From Chlorokybus atmophyticus (Eukaryota > Plantae > Mesostigma and Chlorokybus algae), in assembly GCA_009103225.1 (NCBI GenBank), contig RHPI01003508.1, positions 225,683 through 289,682 of the forward strand: a DNA stretch of 64,000 nucleotides. Reading direction: 5' to 3'. Of the stretch, positions 38,159 to 54,896 are shown piece after piece. The number at the start of each line of letters is the position of its first letter. Positions within the stretch are counted from its first letter, which is position 1. The notes beneath the pieces were generated by a model. The model was not told the DNA's origin and did no database searches. It saw nothing but the letters and a program-made list of their open reading frames with translations. A program made the position numbers and the translations under genes.

Positions 38159-38651
38159 CGCAGTGCCAAGCATACTGTTTGAGGATTGGCGGGAAGCATT
38201 GGAAACACAACACTTGCGTTTACTACAAGCACAGGGCCGCAAGACAGGTTGATGTAGCACAATCTACAGGCCCACTGGACTGCGCTGATAACATGCAAAG
38301 GAGGAGGCAGTGGTTGTGGTAGCAGGATTTTGCTTCTGTTGATCCACTGAACCTCATGTACAGCATTTGATTGGTTTCAGCAACACTGCATCAAAACCAG
38401 TTATTTGATGTAAAAGCATACGTTGACAGCAAACTGTATGGCCAGTTCCCTTGTGCGCGACGAACATGCACTTTACTGTGTAATCTGCACTGTTGCAGTC
38501 GCGGCACATCACATGCCGCTGTGCACGAATGGTTTCATGGCACATTTGCGCAAGTCCACATTCAACAGTGTTGAAGTTAATGCTGCGCACTCACATTGCA
38601 ATATGAACCACGAGCGGGGGACGCGGCATGCACAGTACTCGCATTGCAGCG

Positions 38652-42175
<3,524 letters not shown>

Positions 42176-42849
42176 AAAAGTATGTTGCAAATATCACAGG
42201 AGCTCAAACAACTTCATTGGAACGTCAAGTAAACATCAAAGGGTTGATCGGAACAGCTTGAAGATTGTGAATGCAGCGCATGACCTGTCTATGGGTGCGA
42301 GCGTACGAACGAAAAAGAACCTGCCAGCTTGGCACACACAGTGCAAGCAAAGTGGATGTGACTACCACTGTCCATAGCGCAATGATGGAAAATTCACTTG
42401 AGCTTTACTCGCCGTGCAAGCAAATGTGCATACTGAACTGCAATCGTTGACACTTGACAACGAGAGTCAGCTGAATCAGCGTCTCCATCAGCGTCTAGTA
42501 ATCGCTTGCACACAGGTTACTTGCTGCTGCATTGTGCCAACATATTGTATTGCACATGCATGACCGAGTTAAGAATAAGTTCGCTTCAGGTTTTCAATCG
42601 TCTTCACAAGCGCTAGGCACCACGCGTGGAGGCAACAGGCACCCACAAATGCGCATCGCACAGCCTCAAACCACCAGCAAGAACCTCTGAAGCACACCAG
42701 ACCAGATCCCATTTTCTCCTCCGCACACGAGGACGCAATCAACAACGGCCATACATCCACAAACACACTCAAACCCACCTGCTGCGCCCGCCGCCGCTGC
42801 TGCCGCCGCCAACGCCATGCCTACCGCCACGCCTACCGCCGGCCACAAT

Positions 42850-42872
42850 CCTAACCCTAACCCTAACCCTAA
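42850..42872. repeat. Interstitial (CCCTAA)n telomere-type repeat in the divergent ftsH/EndoU intergenic region
   Basis: cctaaccctaaccctaaccctaa. Confidence 0.7.
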
Positions 42873-43215
42873 TTTTCATCCTCGTTGATATCAGCAGCAG
42901 TTGTTATCAGAGGCATACGGGGATATACGTTTTGTTTATGCAGCCGGATAACTTCCAAAGTCGAATGGACACCTTCCCTTCCATGCTGTGGAAGGCAGTG
43001 TGGCTGTTGCCAACAGGAACAACTTGTTGGGTCACGGCGGTGACGGCGATAGCGGGGTTGTGTGACAGGCTCAGGCCTAATGCTTTGCCGAGAAGCCGGA
43101 GCTGCTTTGCTCAAGCTGGAATTGCTCTGCATTGTGTTGCTGTGAACTGTTGGGTCGTTGAGACTTAACGCATTCCTGCTTGCCCCCAGCACACGCGCTA
43201 GCTAGCTAGGTGGCC

Positions 43216-45826
43216 ATGGCCTTCAGCATGGGCGGCCTGCTAAAGGCCATCCAGGGCGACGACGACAATGACGGTACCGGGCAAGGTACATGTGCACACA
43301 AGCCGAAGGTGTTCGTCACTTCAGCAGCATTGTTCGTCAAGTTATGCGTGCTAGGCATGCACTGTACACTGAGCGCTGACTCCGTCCGTCACGCCTGCGT
43401 TGACGGCCTTCATATGCTTGCAACTTGACTAGATTTGTCGCTGTGTGTGTTAAGCAGGCGACAGCAACCAGCAGAAACCCGGAGGGTTGCTTGGCAGCGC
43501 CCTGAACATGCTTAGCGACAAGTGTGAGTGCTTGCTTGCTTGCTTGTTTGTGGCACACTCAAGCATGCGTGTGTTTGTGCGCTTGGACCAAACACACAGC
43601 CTGACAGCTGTAAGCTGTCACGACAGTTGGTGAAGGGCACTCGCAAGCTGGCAGTGATGGCAAGCAGGGTGGCGGTTTCATGGGCGGGTTGCTAAACATG
43701 GCCCATTCTCACTTTCAAGGTGCGACACGTGAAAGCACAAGAACTGGTTGCTCATGTTACAGCTGTTGAGTTTCATCTTACCAAGAGTCGGTGTGTCAGG
43801 AAGTCAGTCACATCACACAGAGGGTTCATCCCATGTAGACAGCCAGAGCTATGCACAGGTATACACACTAGTATTGATGGCATGTTGATGTTATCAATGC
43901 CTGTCCACCGCATGTGGTGTCCTCTCATGGTTAGGTGTTCACTCATACGCGTGTTGTACACATCAGACAGCACAGCAGTCGTCTACCACACAAAGCGCTT
44001 GGTTGAAGCCGCAGCGCAATAATGATGATGGTGGCGAGGGGTTCCAACAACAACAGAGCCACACACAGACTTCTTCTTATCAAGCTTCTGCTAGTCAAGG
44101 AGCATGGGGCAAGCCTTTCACGCAATCACACGATGAATACACTGCACCCGTGCAAAGCCAACATTACCAGCCTTCATCACAAGCTGCTCTGCCGGACACG
44201 ACACCTACGGAAGAGGAGCTCAACAGCCTGTCTGCTGCGTGCACACGTCTGTGGGACCTCGACATGAACCGCTTGACGCCCAACAGAGACTATACCATCA
44301 ACGTCGGCGGCCAGCGTAGACGCATGGACACGGAGGACTACGCTGATGAGAAGCTGTTCGTGTCTGTTGAGCCCAGCGTCTTCCAGCGCCCAACATATCG
44401 CACTGTATGTTAGTGTTATGTTATCTGACTGTGATCGTCTTGCTTGCCTCAGGTGTTGATGACTCACACTTGTGCGTGCAGTTTTATGCGCTTTTGGACA
44501 ATTATGAGGCTGCAACGGGGAGGGAAGAGACTGTGAGCCAGCAGGAGCTGCATGAAGACAAGCAGTTTCTGGACGCAATCATGCAAACAGCTCCCATGCA
44601 GTACTGCCACAAGCTGCTGGCTCAGATGAACATATCCGACGCAGATTCTGAAGCATTCAAGCAGCAACTCAACGACATCTGGTGAGCAGCAGTGTACTTA
44701 TGGCTCACACATGGTGGGTCTGCAGCATGCATCGCGAAGTCACTGGACTTGCAATGAGTTGGCATGCGCACACATTGCATAGTCTGACAGGTTGCTTGGC
44801 ATATGCTAAGCGCACCAGCATGCCTCAAGCTATTGTTGAGAGTCGTGTGCATGCATTGCATGGTTGGTTGGTTCATTGGTGCGATCAACTGTGTGCACGC
44901 GCACACACACTTGCGCGCTGGCTCACTTGTGCACAAGTGCCGAGCTACCCCTACTCTCGTGAGAGAGATGTCTGCCCTGTGAGACTGACTGTAAGTTTGC
45001 CTGAACTGACCGCAGGTTCAAGATGTACCGCAGAGGCACGTGGAACGACTCGAGCGGGTTCGAGCACGTCTTCCTCGGCGAGCAGGACAGGGGAGAGGTG
45101 AAGGGCTGCCACAACTGGATTCAGATCTATCTGCTGGAGCAGAAGAATCTTCTCGACTACCGAGGGTGAGCAAGACACAGCTTGCAGGTTGATCATCGTC
45201 ATTATCATCACCGTCTGCTCGCTAGTGCATAACACTATACTGTCTGGCCATTGTATGTAAGCTGACAATGCCATTGTGACTTGGCAGGTATATTGTCCCA
45301 AACAAGCGGGGTGGTTCACGGGACGACCCACCTGATGGTGATGAACAGTTGTTGACCATCCAGTTCAGGTACGAGTCAGTGGTGTTTATCAAGTACTGGA
45401 CATCCAGAAGCAGGCTTGGCTTGTTGTCAGTGCTGTCATGAATGTTGTTGTCGTACTTGTGATGGCGGTGGTAGTTGGCTGCAATTCTTCTTGGAACAAG
45501 ACTGTCCGCACTTATTGCCCATTGCGGGAATTGTGGTGTACAGCTGGAACGGCCAGACCAAGGCCATCTCAACGAGTTTCATCGGTGTATCTCCCGAATT
45601 TGAGGTGAGCAGGGTTCAAGCAAGTTTATGTCGTTCTTTGTCCTGAAGAGGCTTTCTGTTCTCAAGCGTATCCTGTCTTGATCTCCTGCAGGTTGCCCTC
45701 TATACGTTGTGCTTCTTAGCTGGTCAAGAACAGAACTACGTGGACATCGGCCCGTATCAAGTCCAAGTCCGCTGCTACTCGATAGCCAAGGGACAAATTG
45801 GCACGGCGTTTGCGGAAGCAATGTAA
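43216..45826 (+). CDS. ENDOU: Poly(U)-specific endoribonuclease (EndoU/XendoU family) with a low-complexity N-terminal extension
   Basis: [62 protein letters not shown] and ALYTLCFL. The catalytic His/His/Lys positions are present. Confidence 0.93.
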
Positions 45827-46612
45827 ACGATGTGTTGCTTGTCTCAAGCGCTCATGTTGGGGCAGTTATTTTTTCACTTCCTTGTATCCATTGTTGAAGT
45901 TACATGTGTTCGAACAAGATGGTTTGCCTTGTGATGCGGCCAATTGGCGTTGTCATGCCAGTTGTTGCCGCATGGTTGCAGGACTGAGTGAGAAATGCAG
46001 CACAGCTGTCTCAAGTTTTAGAGCTGACTGCGTTATGTTTCATTTATTGATGGTTGTGGCCACTGCAGAGGTTGTAAGTAATTTAGTAAAATCTGCAGCA
46101 GGTTGTGGTGAAAGGTACCTTGCTTGTATACACATTCATTCATGCGTGTGATCAAAGGTGTTGCTGCTGCAAGTGTACACTTATCCATGGCGACGGCTGA
46201 ACAGCAAGTTTTGCTCATGTGTAAGTAGAAATACAGGCAATTACACTTCCGACACACCGAAGCTGCCGCAAAGTTGTTACAGAAGATTTGATAATCAAGC
46301 CTTTATAACTCAGCATTATCCGCTGCATGCAAACAACAGCAGACATTACGCCAGTGTCAATAGCATTCACTGGAATTGGCAAGTGTTGTTGGTTATTCCT
46401 CACTCGCACAAACTCCGCTAAACTGAGAAAGGATACTGGTTATACATCGACATCAGACGCAGATTTCACACTCACACACGCATAAAACTGCCAAAAGGTT
46501 ATTTATATAAACAGAAAGGAAAAAGTAGTTGCCAAAGGCAAGCAACAAGGGGTATACTAGGGTGTCCAACTCTACGCCGTTATTTGCAGCTAGTGCATGC
46601 AATGCAACCCTT

Positions 46613-48646
46613 CTACTTGGGGCTCTGGTTGAACAGACCCAGGGCAGAGCCCTTGTTGCTGGCGAAGAAGTCGGTGTAGTCCGCCACGGAGGTTCCGAAG
46701 GCAGCGGCCATGATATCAGCCGGGAAGGTTTTGGTCTTTTGGTAAATCTGTTGGTAAGACACAAACACAAACAACTTAGTTTGTGACATTACACTGGAGT
46801 GAGTTGACGAATGTTGGAGAGAGACACCCGTCACATGTACACGCATTCTCACGTGTATGCGCACGCACTGAGTGTATCAGTGGTGTTGGATGTATGAAAT
46901 CATGCCACACATCCAAAGCACCCGTGTTCAGTACTTACAGCAACAGCGGATGTGAAGAACACTGCGGGGATCTCGGGCGTGTTGAACCACGAGAGAAGCG
47001 TGAGTCCCTCGGTGCTGATGGCAACAGGCTGGTGGATGTAAGAGGGAGGAATGAGGGACGCGGCGCCCGCGGCTTCGATCTCGACACCGTTCTTGATAGC
47101 CTGAAACGTGATTAGGGAAAGCATGAGCATGCTATTGACACAACGCCGGGACACACACATTCACATACATCAACTTGCCTTTCCGTCAGGGCCAGCGAGG
47201 ATGGTGGTGCCCTTGCCCTTGAGAACATAGTTGATCTCCAGGGCGTCGTAGTGCTCGTGAGCAACCACACCAGCATTCTGCAAGGTGGGATGGGTGGGTG
47301 GGTGGGTGGGCGCTTTGTGTTGTGAAACACACCACATCACTGATAAGACGTTGACAGCATCATCGTTAGAGTCTTACTGGCTGAAGGGTGGGGAAGATGA
47401 GAGACGCGCCAATGAGGCCAGTCTCAGGAAAGTTTGGCAGACTGCAATCACGGGTGTAACCGACACCCGCAAACTGCACCAGCGCCAGAGCCCTATTCAG
47501 ACATCCTCATGAGTGACTTCTATTACACCACCACCCCAAACACACAAGCACACATACACACACAAGCATGAAGGCTTACGGGTTGCCACAATGAAGGATG
47601 AAGTCACCCTGGGGGGTTCCATCACGGCCATCGCCAACGAGACGAGGAGGCACGGGGTTGGCGGCGCAGACAGCAGTTGGAAGGTTCACCATGCCGCCAT
47701 GTCTCTGCTTGTTGAAGAAAGCCTTTGCCTGTTTGACATCAGACACTTAATGGTTCACTTGCAAGTGCGGACGCAAGCACACCTACACGTGCGTGTGTGT
47801 GATGCGTACCCGGGCCTTGGTGACGTTGTAGGTGGTGGCCACCTCCTTCAGAGGCTGGTAGTTGGGGAAGAAGGTCTTGCCAAAGACGTAGGTGAACTGC
47901 AGCTGCTGGTTCTGGGGGTTGATGGTAGAGAACTGCACGACACAACAACAAGAACAACAACAAACCCACATCAGTCACTGCACCCGCTCTCTCAGTACAC
48001 CCAGTCTGATCAATGCATCTGTCCTATCTAACTCACCTTGTGGTAGCCGATGATCTTGAGCTTGTCGCTGGTGGGGTTCATGATCCAGAAAGGCCAGGCG
48101 ATGGGGACGGCAAGAAGGTCCTCCTCATGCAGCTGAGTGGTGTTGGTGAGCTCAGGGTAGAAGGGAGTGAAGGCATTGGTCATGCCAATCTTGGCAGAAC
48201 CTACACAACAACCAATATGTTGGTTTGGGTCGTTGTTGTTGTTTGTCTGAACAGTGAAGTACACACTAACAATAGCTCACCTGAGGCGACGAAGAAGAGG
48301 GAGCCAGCATTGGGGATGAAGAGTGGACCCCAGATGGAGCATGGCTCAATCACCACTTCTGTCAACGCTACACCAAAGTCACCAATCAGCCCCTGGTCTT
48401 GCACGTGAATGTAGCCGCCCTGGTACCGCTGTGACACGAACAGGAGAGGTGAGTTAGCATGTGGTTGTACGGTTGTATGTGCGTGAGAGCGAGAGAGGGA
48501 GAGAGGTGTACCAGCTTGGGGGCTTCCTCCAAGACGAAGTCAATGGATTGCACGCCTGAAGTCTTGGCGTTGGTTTGGACCAGATCAGCATAGGTGGAGC
48601 TGGCAAAGAGGAGGACGCACAGAGCCAACAACGTCCTGGACGCCAT
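46613..48646 (-). CDS. Secreted bicupin (11S globulin/oxalate decarboxylase-like)
   Basis: Signal peptide MASRTLLALCVLLFASSTYA. N-cupin IEPCSIWGPLFIPNAGSLFFVASG…EDLLAVPIAWPFWIMN. C-cupin AHEHYDALEINYVLKGKG…GAASLIPPSYIH, and FPADIMAAAFG before TAG at 46613. Confidence 0.82.
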
Positions 48647-50182
48647 CTTTGCTGCTACACCTTAAGATACACAACTGGCTGTGAGTGCCCCGCTCTCTTA
48701 CACAACAGAAGCAACCATCTTGTATGTATACACATGTGTACACAATCACATGCACAAGGCCATGCATGAGAGAATGGCTGTACAAGCGCACCTGAAGGGA
48801 TAACAGGTGGAGGAACTGTATGGTTAACTGCAAGTGACTGGCAAGTGTCCTTTGAAACAGTCAGCTATGCCAGCATGCGGCTCCATGCTGGCTATTTATA
48901 CTCCTCGACAGGAATACGCAGCAATGCTGCGGCGACAGGGCTAGGCAAACGACGTCATCTGAGCAATTGCCGGGATGCAATAAGACCAAAAAAATCAATG
49001 TACGCAATCTGCCTGATCTGTACAATGCATTGATGACTGCTGCCTTCCAACCGGTCGACACTGTGGTGTCCTATTGTCTACCCAAGCCACTATTGTGACG
49101 CTCCATACTGGCGCTGCATGCAACGCCAGTATGGCAACAGTGTAAGGTCAGTTCGTGCATGGCTTGCGCATACATGTACCAAGACCAACTCTATCAGAAC
49201 ATCAGCATTGATATCAGTGTTGGTACGTGATAGATCGTGACTGATATGGATGCTACCTTGGAGTAGCAGCGATACTGTTTTGCTATGTATACAGGCCTAG
49301 CATTGTTTCTTGCCCGTCAGCACAGCAGCAATTCTCAACAAGCCTCGTGCTGCTGGACACAGCAGTTCATCACAGTCTAAAGGGTACATGCTTAGAATTC
49401 AAAGTGATCATGCATGCAACGATTAGATGAGTGTTATCCAATTCAGTTGCGTACCGGTATTGCACCGCACGTTTCGACCCGCAACTAGCCTTAGAGGGTA
49501 TCTTCGGTAACATTTTGTGCGGTTCCCTCAAGCAGGTACCCGTACGCATGCCACCGATGAACACGTCAACATCAGGGCAGGCGCCTGATGTTCATGTGTC
49601 AGATTCTGCATGCACAAAATGCGTTCAGCCTGGTTGGGGACTTGAAGGGGTCGCAGGCGCAGTCGCTGCATGCCGGAAAGGCGCCCCCAAACTGGCATTG
49701 ACTGTTTTTTTGCAGCAGTCGTATCAAGGCTGTGGAAGTCAGCCTGTCTCTTTAAGCCGTACGACCGCACGTGTCTCGTACATTATGTACGCGGTGTACC
49801 GTCAAGGGATCTCATGGGCCGCGATGCCGTCATGCATTGTCATACAGATACATGGCCCTTGGCCCATTGTGCGTGACGCGCAGTGTCTTTGTCCAACCGG
49901 GACCTGTACCAGTCCTTTGCCTCTGCACGCTCGTGTTGTACTTTTAAGCCAACAAAGACAGGAGTGTGCGTTGAATTATACATTGCATGTAACTTCTCCT
50001 CGTGCTGGAACTTTATACCAGGTGAGATCTGCCGTAATATATTACCGTGGGGAGAAACATGTAGTGTGAATTTGCAATGTTATACCCCCCCTCTTCTTCA
50101 ATGGGCAGCAAGTGTGCAATTGTAGATGATGAATTGCTGAAAGACGAATGATAGTTAACTACATATACTAGTGTTGCATGTT

Positions 50183-50294
50183 CATCCTTACAGCAGCATC
50201 ATTGCGCATAAGAATAATGCATACAATATAACATACCATCCTTACAGCAGCATCATTGCGCATAAGAATAATGCATACAATATAACATACCATC
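50183..50294. repeat. Tandem duplication of a 54-bp unit
   Basis: catccttacagcagcatcattgcgcataagaataatgcatacaatataacatac occurs twice in tandem. Confidence 0.95.
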
Positions 50295-52032
50295 AAAGTC
50301 ATAAATGTAAATTTCGTATTAAGCAGCAATTATGCCACATGGCACGTGCCGCATATAAGAGGACGACGATCAACTATGTGCATACAATATACAGCAGTAT
50401 ATCTTACACTGTATAAGTAATGATGCATGCGTATCTGTATAGCTGAATTGATTTGCATAACATTAACACAGTTATTATATGAGCATGAATGTGGCTATAA
50501 ATGTGAAGCTGCGATAGTAGTCTTTGTTACATGCATGCGAAAGAATCTCTCGCATGCATGTAACTACTTGTGTTATTGGTAGTCATTTGTGAAATTTTTA
50601 ATAGTACATCAAATACGCAATTGCTTACACAATTGTTTGCTGATTTATGTAGCTCACAATGCTTGGCCAACTTGTAGCTTAATATGACAAGTTCAATGCA
50701 CTTGATTGCCGTTCACTTCAACCCTTGAGGTTGAAGGCGCCTGCTGACATTCTTCTTGTGGAGTACCATTTACTATTATCAAACCAACAGTGCGAACAGC
50801 AGAAGTCTAATGAAAAACATCACACTTGCGGTGCTGCCAGGTTTCTTGATGACGACGCAGCCTTGGTTGCCTTGCGAACCGCATATGATAGGTGACCCCA
50901 TAGGCTGCGTCACTGGCAGTCGGTTCAGTCAAACCAAACGAGTGCGCCGGTCCAGGCCGCGTCATTTACACCCTGCACGCAGGCTGCAGCGTGGGCAGGA
51001 CACCGATTGGAGGGCGCCGTCCGGGACACCGTCTTACACGTGTCTTCACACGGTTTCTCACGTTTTGCAAACAGGCAGCATATACTTATTTCAGAATATA
51101 CATGCCTGTTTCGCTTCTTTGGAAAGGAAAGGGCCACCGCATACGGAAGCCCTCAACCGCTTTCTACCAGCATTCTGTAACTTAGCATGGGCGGCGAGGT
51201 TATTCTAGCAGCTTATGGAGCAGTAGCACGGCTTCGGTGCTGTACAGGTTTCTCATTAAGTCGGCTTGGGCGGCGAAAGTTGTTGGCAAATTGGGGTCAG
51301 TTCGAGATGTAGTGTGGCTGCTGTTTGGTTGGCAATGTATCATGCAAACGCGTGCATTAGCCCCACCCCAGGGCCCGCTCTGGGCACAACGGTGGTGGAA
51401 CCGCACGCTACTTGCATGCTTAGAAGGCGTTTGCAAGCGGTACAGCTCATCATGCGTTTTGTTTGAGGCTCTAGTTGGCTGTTTTAAGCTGTGGTATGTT
51501 GACAATGTGGAACATGCAGGACAACGTTATTCATTTTCACCGTCTTATTAACAATTGTACATTTGAATGGTTGTTGGGGCTTTACCATAATGTTTGCATG
51601 GCACATGTAGGCACATTTAGCAATGAATTCCGTTTCCGCATGGCGATGACTGCTATGTATATGGCAAGCCGCACCATAGCATTTCCGAGTTGCATAATAC
51701 TATCCAACTCGCCTTGACATTTCTAGTATTTCATCATGTCCCCTCCTTGGGGGTGATCGCGGCGGCCGGGTGAGGGGGGAGAGGAGGTGAGGGATGCTGC
51801 CGGGGCAGGTGGGGAGCAGAGGCGCCGCCTTTATGCTCTCCTCCTAGCTGCTGGCTTGCGAGCTTGTTGCAATTGTTGACTTTCGGCATCAGTTCTATCT
51901 TCAGAACATGGCCTCTCCGCCCAGCTTGGGCGAGGGGCCGCTAGCGGGCGAGAAGGAGATGACGGAATCAACCTCTCTGGTCGTCTCTGCTGACCCCCTC
52001 GACTGCGATCTGGCAAGCCCCCTGCTCGCTAG

Positions 52033-53859
52033 CTCAACCTAGCACATGGGGCTTGCAGCCTGTGCCAGTGTTGGCACAAACCGGTTGTGCTAGTACTGGC
52101 ACCTGCCTTTTGGGGCTAGACTCAAATAGCCCCGAAACTGGCACAAACCGGCTTGTGCCAGCAATGGATGCTGACTTACCTGCTGGTAAGTGGCACAAAC
52201 GGTTGTTTGCTAGTACTGGCATGCTAAACATCAAGTAGTCATTGCTGGCACAACAATGGATTTGTGCCATGCTTGGCAGGTAGCACTCGTGCCAGAACTA
52301 GCACATGCTAATCGTATGCCATGGGCAATGAAATGTAGTTTATGTGCCAGTACTTGCATAAGAAGTTGCGCATCGGTGCTGAATGGGCGGAGAAGGTTCT
52401 ACTGTCATGTGCCACCAATGAGGCTGCATAGTCAACGTGATGGTATCAATCTGACTGAATTGCTGCTGCACACAAGCATGAAATCACTGTTGTGCAAATG
52501 TAAACAAATATAGCGTTACAAAACTGTAACTTCTATTTCTACTGGTATTACTACTGCAACTACTTCTACAACTGCAGCTCTAGCTCTAGCCTTGTGATGT
52601 CGCAACCAATGGCGAGCAAAACCGCATCAGCTCAAGCTCTGCCGTACCACCATCGCAATCATCAGACGCACAGACCGAGCGCGCACCAACACTAAGCCAG
52701 ACCAATGCATTGTACACCAACTTAGAAGACCAGCAGACAAGCCAACAAGCATACCTACCAATTGAACCCGTCAGAGCAGACCAGTAGCTGATGCTCCGTT
52801 GTGGTGCTGCTTATGTGGACGGGAGCTGCCCACTTGCATTGTGCACAAACTTCAATTCCTGCAAATATGCGTAATGCGATGGAAAAGGGGACCTTTAGCA
52901 ATGTGGTAGTGTGCCCAAGTGATTTGCTGAGTGAGTTTACCTCACTGCTGCAGCATTGTGCTAAGACCAGGTCCAAGACCAGGTATAAAACCAAGTCAAA
53001 GACCCGGCCTAAGTCCAAGTCAAAGACCAGCCTAGGCTCCTCAACCTGAGATCCTCCAGGCCCGTGTGCGCAATCGCCGCGCGTATGCATTTGGTTGCCT
53101 GTTGCTCCTTGAGGAACTTACCTAGTTTGTGCCAAAGCATTCCAACGGCACCTGATAATAACATACCCCATCAGACACTTTGCACATCCAAGCAGCAACA
53201 ACTGCGCTCACTGCTCAAAACATGCATATGACAGTTGCAGGCAGCAATAGCAGTACTTGGCATGCAGTTTAATTGAGCGGAACAGCCACACAACAGATGC
53301 ACAAGTGTGCACGCACACACACACAGAAAGCAACGTACCAGCTGGTCACCAGCCACTCGTGTTGTTGCAAGGGCGTGCTGGACGACTGCGAGCTGGCGTG
53401 CTCGCTCAGCTGTCATGCTGCCGCTGACGCTGCAACGCCAGTGCAGAAGTTGTAAGTGGCAATGCATTGGACAAGAATAACTGTGCTGCAAACTCTTCAC
53501 GATGAAGACAAACAACACAGAGTATTGCCTACTAGCGCTGCCAACTTCCGGCGTTCCTCTTCACGTGGGTGAAAGCAAGCTGCAAGTGCCAGCCGCAGAA
53601 GTCTATAACATACAGTAGCATTACTCACTCTGAGAGGTTGCTTGCAAGTTATGGCCATGTGAAGGTATTGCACGCATAAGCACACCTATGCATAGGAGAG
53701 AGAGAGAGGGAGAGAGGGAGAGAGAGAGGGAGAGAGGGAGAGGGAGAGCGAGGGAGAGGGAGAGAGAGCGAGAGGGAGAGGGAGAGGGAGAGCGAGAGGG
53801 AGAGCGGGAGCGGGAGCGCGAGCGGGAGCGCGAGAGAGAGCGAGAGCGCGCGCGCGAGC

Positions 53860-53915
<56 letters not shown>

Positions 53916-54896
53916 AGCAGCAGCAGCAGCAGCAAGTAGAACGCAGCAAGCTGCCTACTTGCGTCCAGTCGCTGCTGGCATGCAGCCTGCAGCGGCTGGC
54001 ATGCTGCCTGCAACACACCGTCATAAACAACCATACGTACATAACATTAACCATTGCTTGCGTCAAGCTGCTCCGCGGAGCAGCTTGACGCAAGCACGCC
54101 AGCAGCGACTGGCATGCTGCCTGTTGCAACACACGGTCGTTGACAACAAACCATACATACACAATGTCAACCATCACCCGAGCTGCCCGCCCGCCCGCCC
54201 GCCCGCCCGCCCAGCCTGGTCTGGGCTGTATTGCCGCCAGCGTCTTGGGCTGGAACTCAGGCCTACAACTTATAAGCTTGTAAGTTACAAGCTTGTACCA
54301 GTTGCAAGATACTCTAAGTTTGTAACTTAAGTCTTCGGTAAGAATCGCTAAATATTTGTCTTAACCAATTCGCTCGACATGACTTGTCAGTTAAAAGTGC
54401 TATGATCGGTTAGTCAAATTTAAATTAAATTTAAAAAAACTGCCACTATGTAGGATAAGGACTGACTCACTCAGTCCTTATCCTACATAGTCCAATATCC
54501 TACATAGTCGGATAAGTGCTGAGACAGTCAGTATGTTATACGGGTCTTTCGGGTCTCGGAAGCTTCTGCCTGGTCTGCCGGATCTAAGCCCTACGGCTTC
54601 ATGCTAGGCTCAAGGTCCAAGGCCTTATATTGATACTGGCAGTGATTTATTCAATTGATTCAAATGACATAGACCACTTAAAGTATTCGTGGTCTAGGTT
54701 TGAGCCAGTAATGGAAAGCGTTGTCCCTCCCATGTCATAAACGGCACAGCGTTTGTGCCATTGCAGGTCTGTAATGGCCAGAGCTGTGATGGCACAGTTT
54801 ATGCCAGTATTGGCAGAAGTCTTTCATAGGTTGCCAGTATTAGCACAAAAAGTTTGCGCCAGTACTGGTACGGGTTTGTTCCAGCACTGGCACAAA
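52033..54896. mobile_element. Non-autonomous DNA transposon (hAT-like) with subterminal repeat arrays
   Basis: Arrays of tgccagtactggcacaaa-like motifs at 52060-52335 and 54760-54896 form imperfect inverted ends, and an 8-bp direct repeat CTCGCTAG flanks them (52025-52032, 54897-54904). No transposase seen. Confidence 0.45.
53690..53935. repeat. (GA)n/(GC)n/(AGC)n microsatellite
   Basis: Direct reading of the sequence. Confidence 0.95.

Noticed and set aside
49431-50069. 212-codon ORF as a gene
   Set aside because: It has a non-ATG start, no recognisable domain and no splice context. It is probably TE-derived or a chance ORF.
52060-52335. CRISPR-like repeat array
   Set aside because: The repeats are degenerate, irregularly spaced and in mixed orientation, with no cas genes, in a eukaryotic context. 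They fit transposon subterminal repeats.
53621-54177. RE/SL-repeat ORFs, and similar TH/CV/polyL ORFs at 8.3 and 10.1 kb
   Set aside because: They are translations of microsatellites in non-coding frames.
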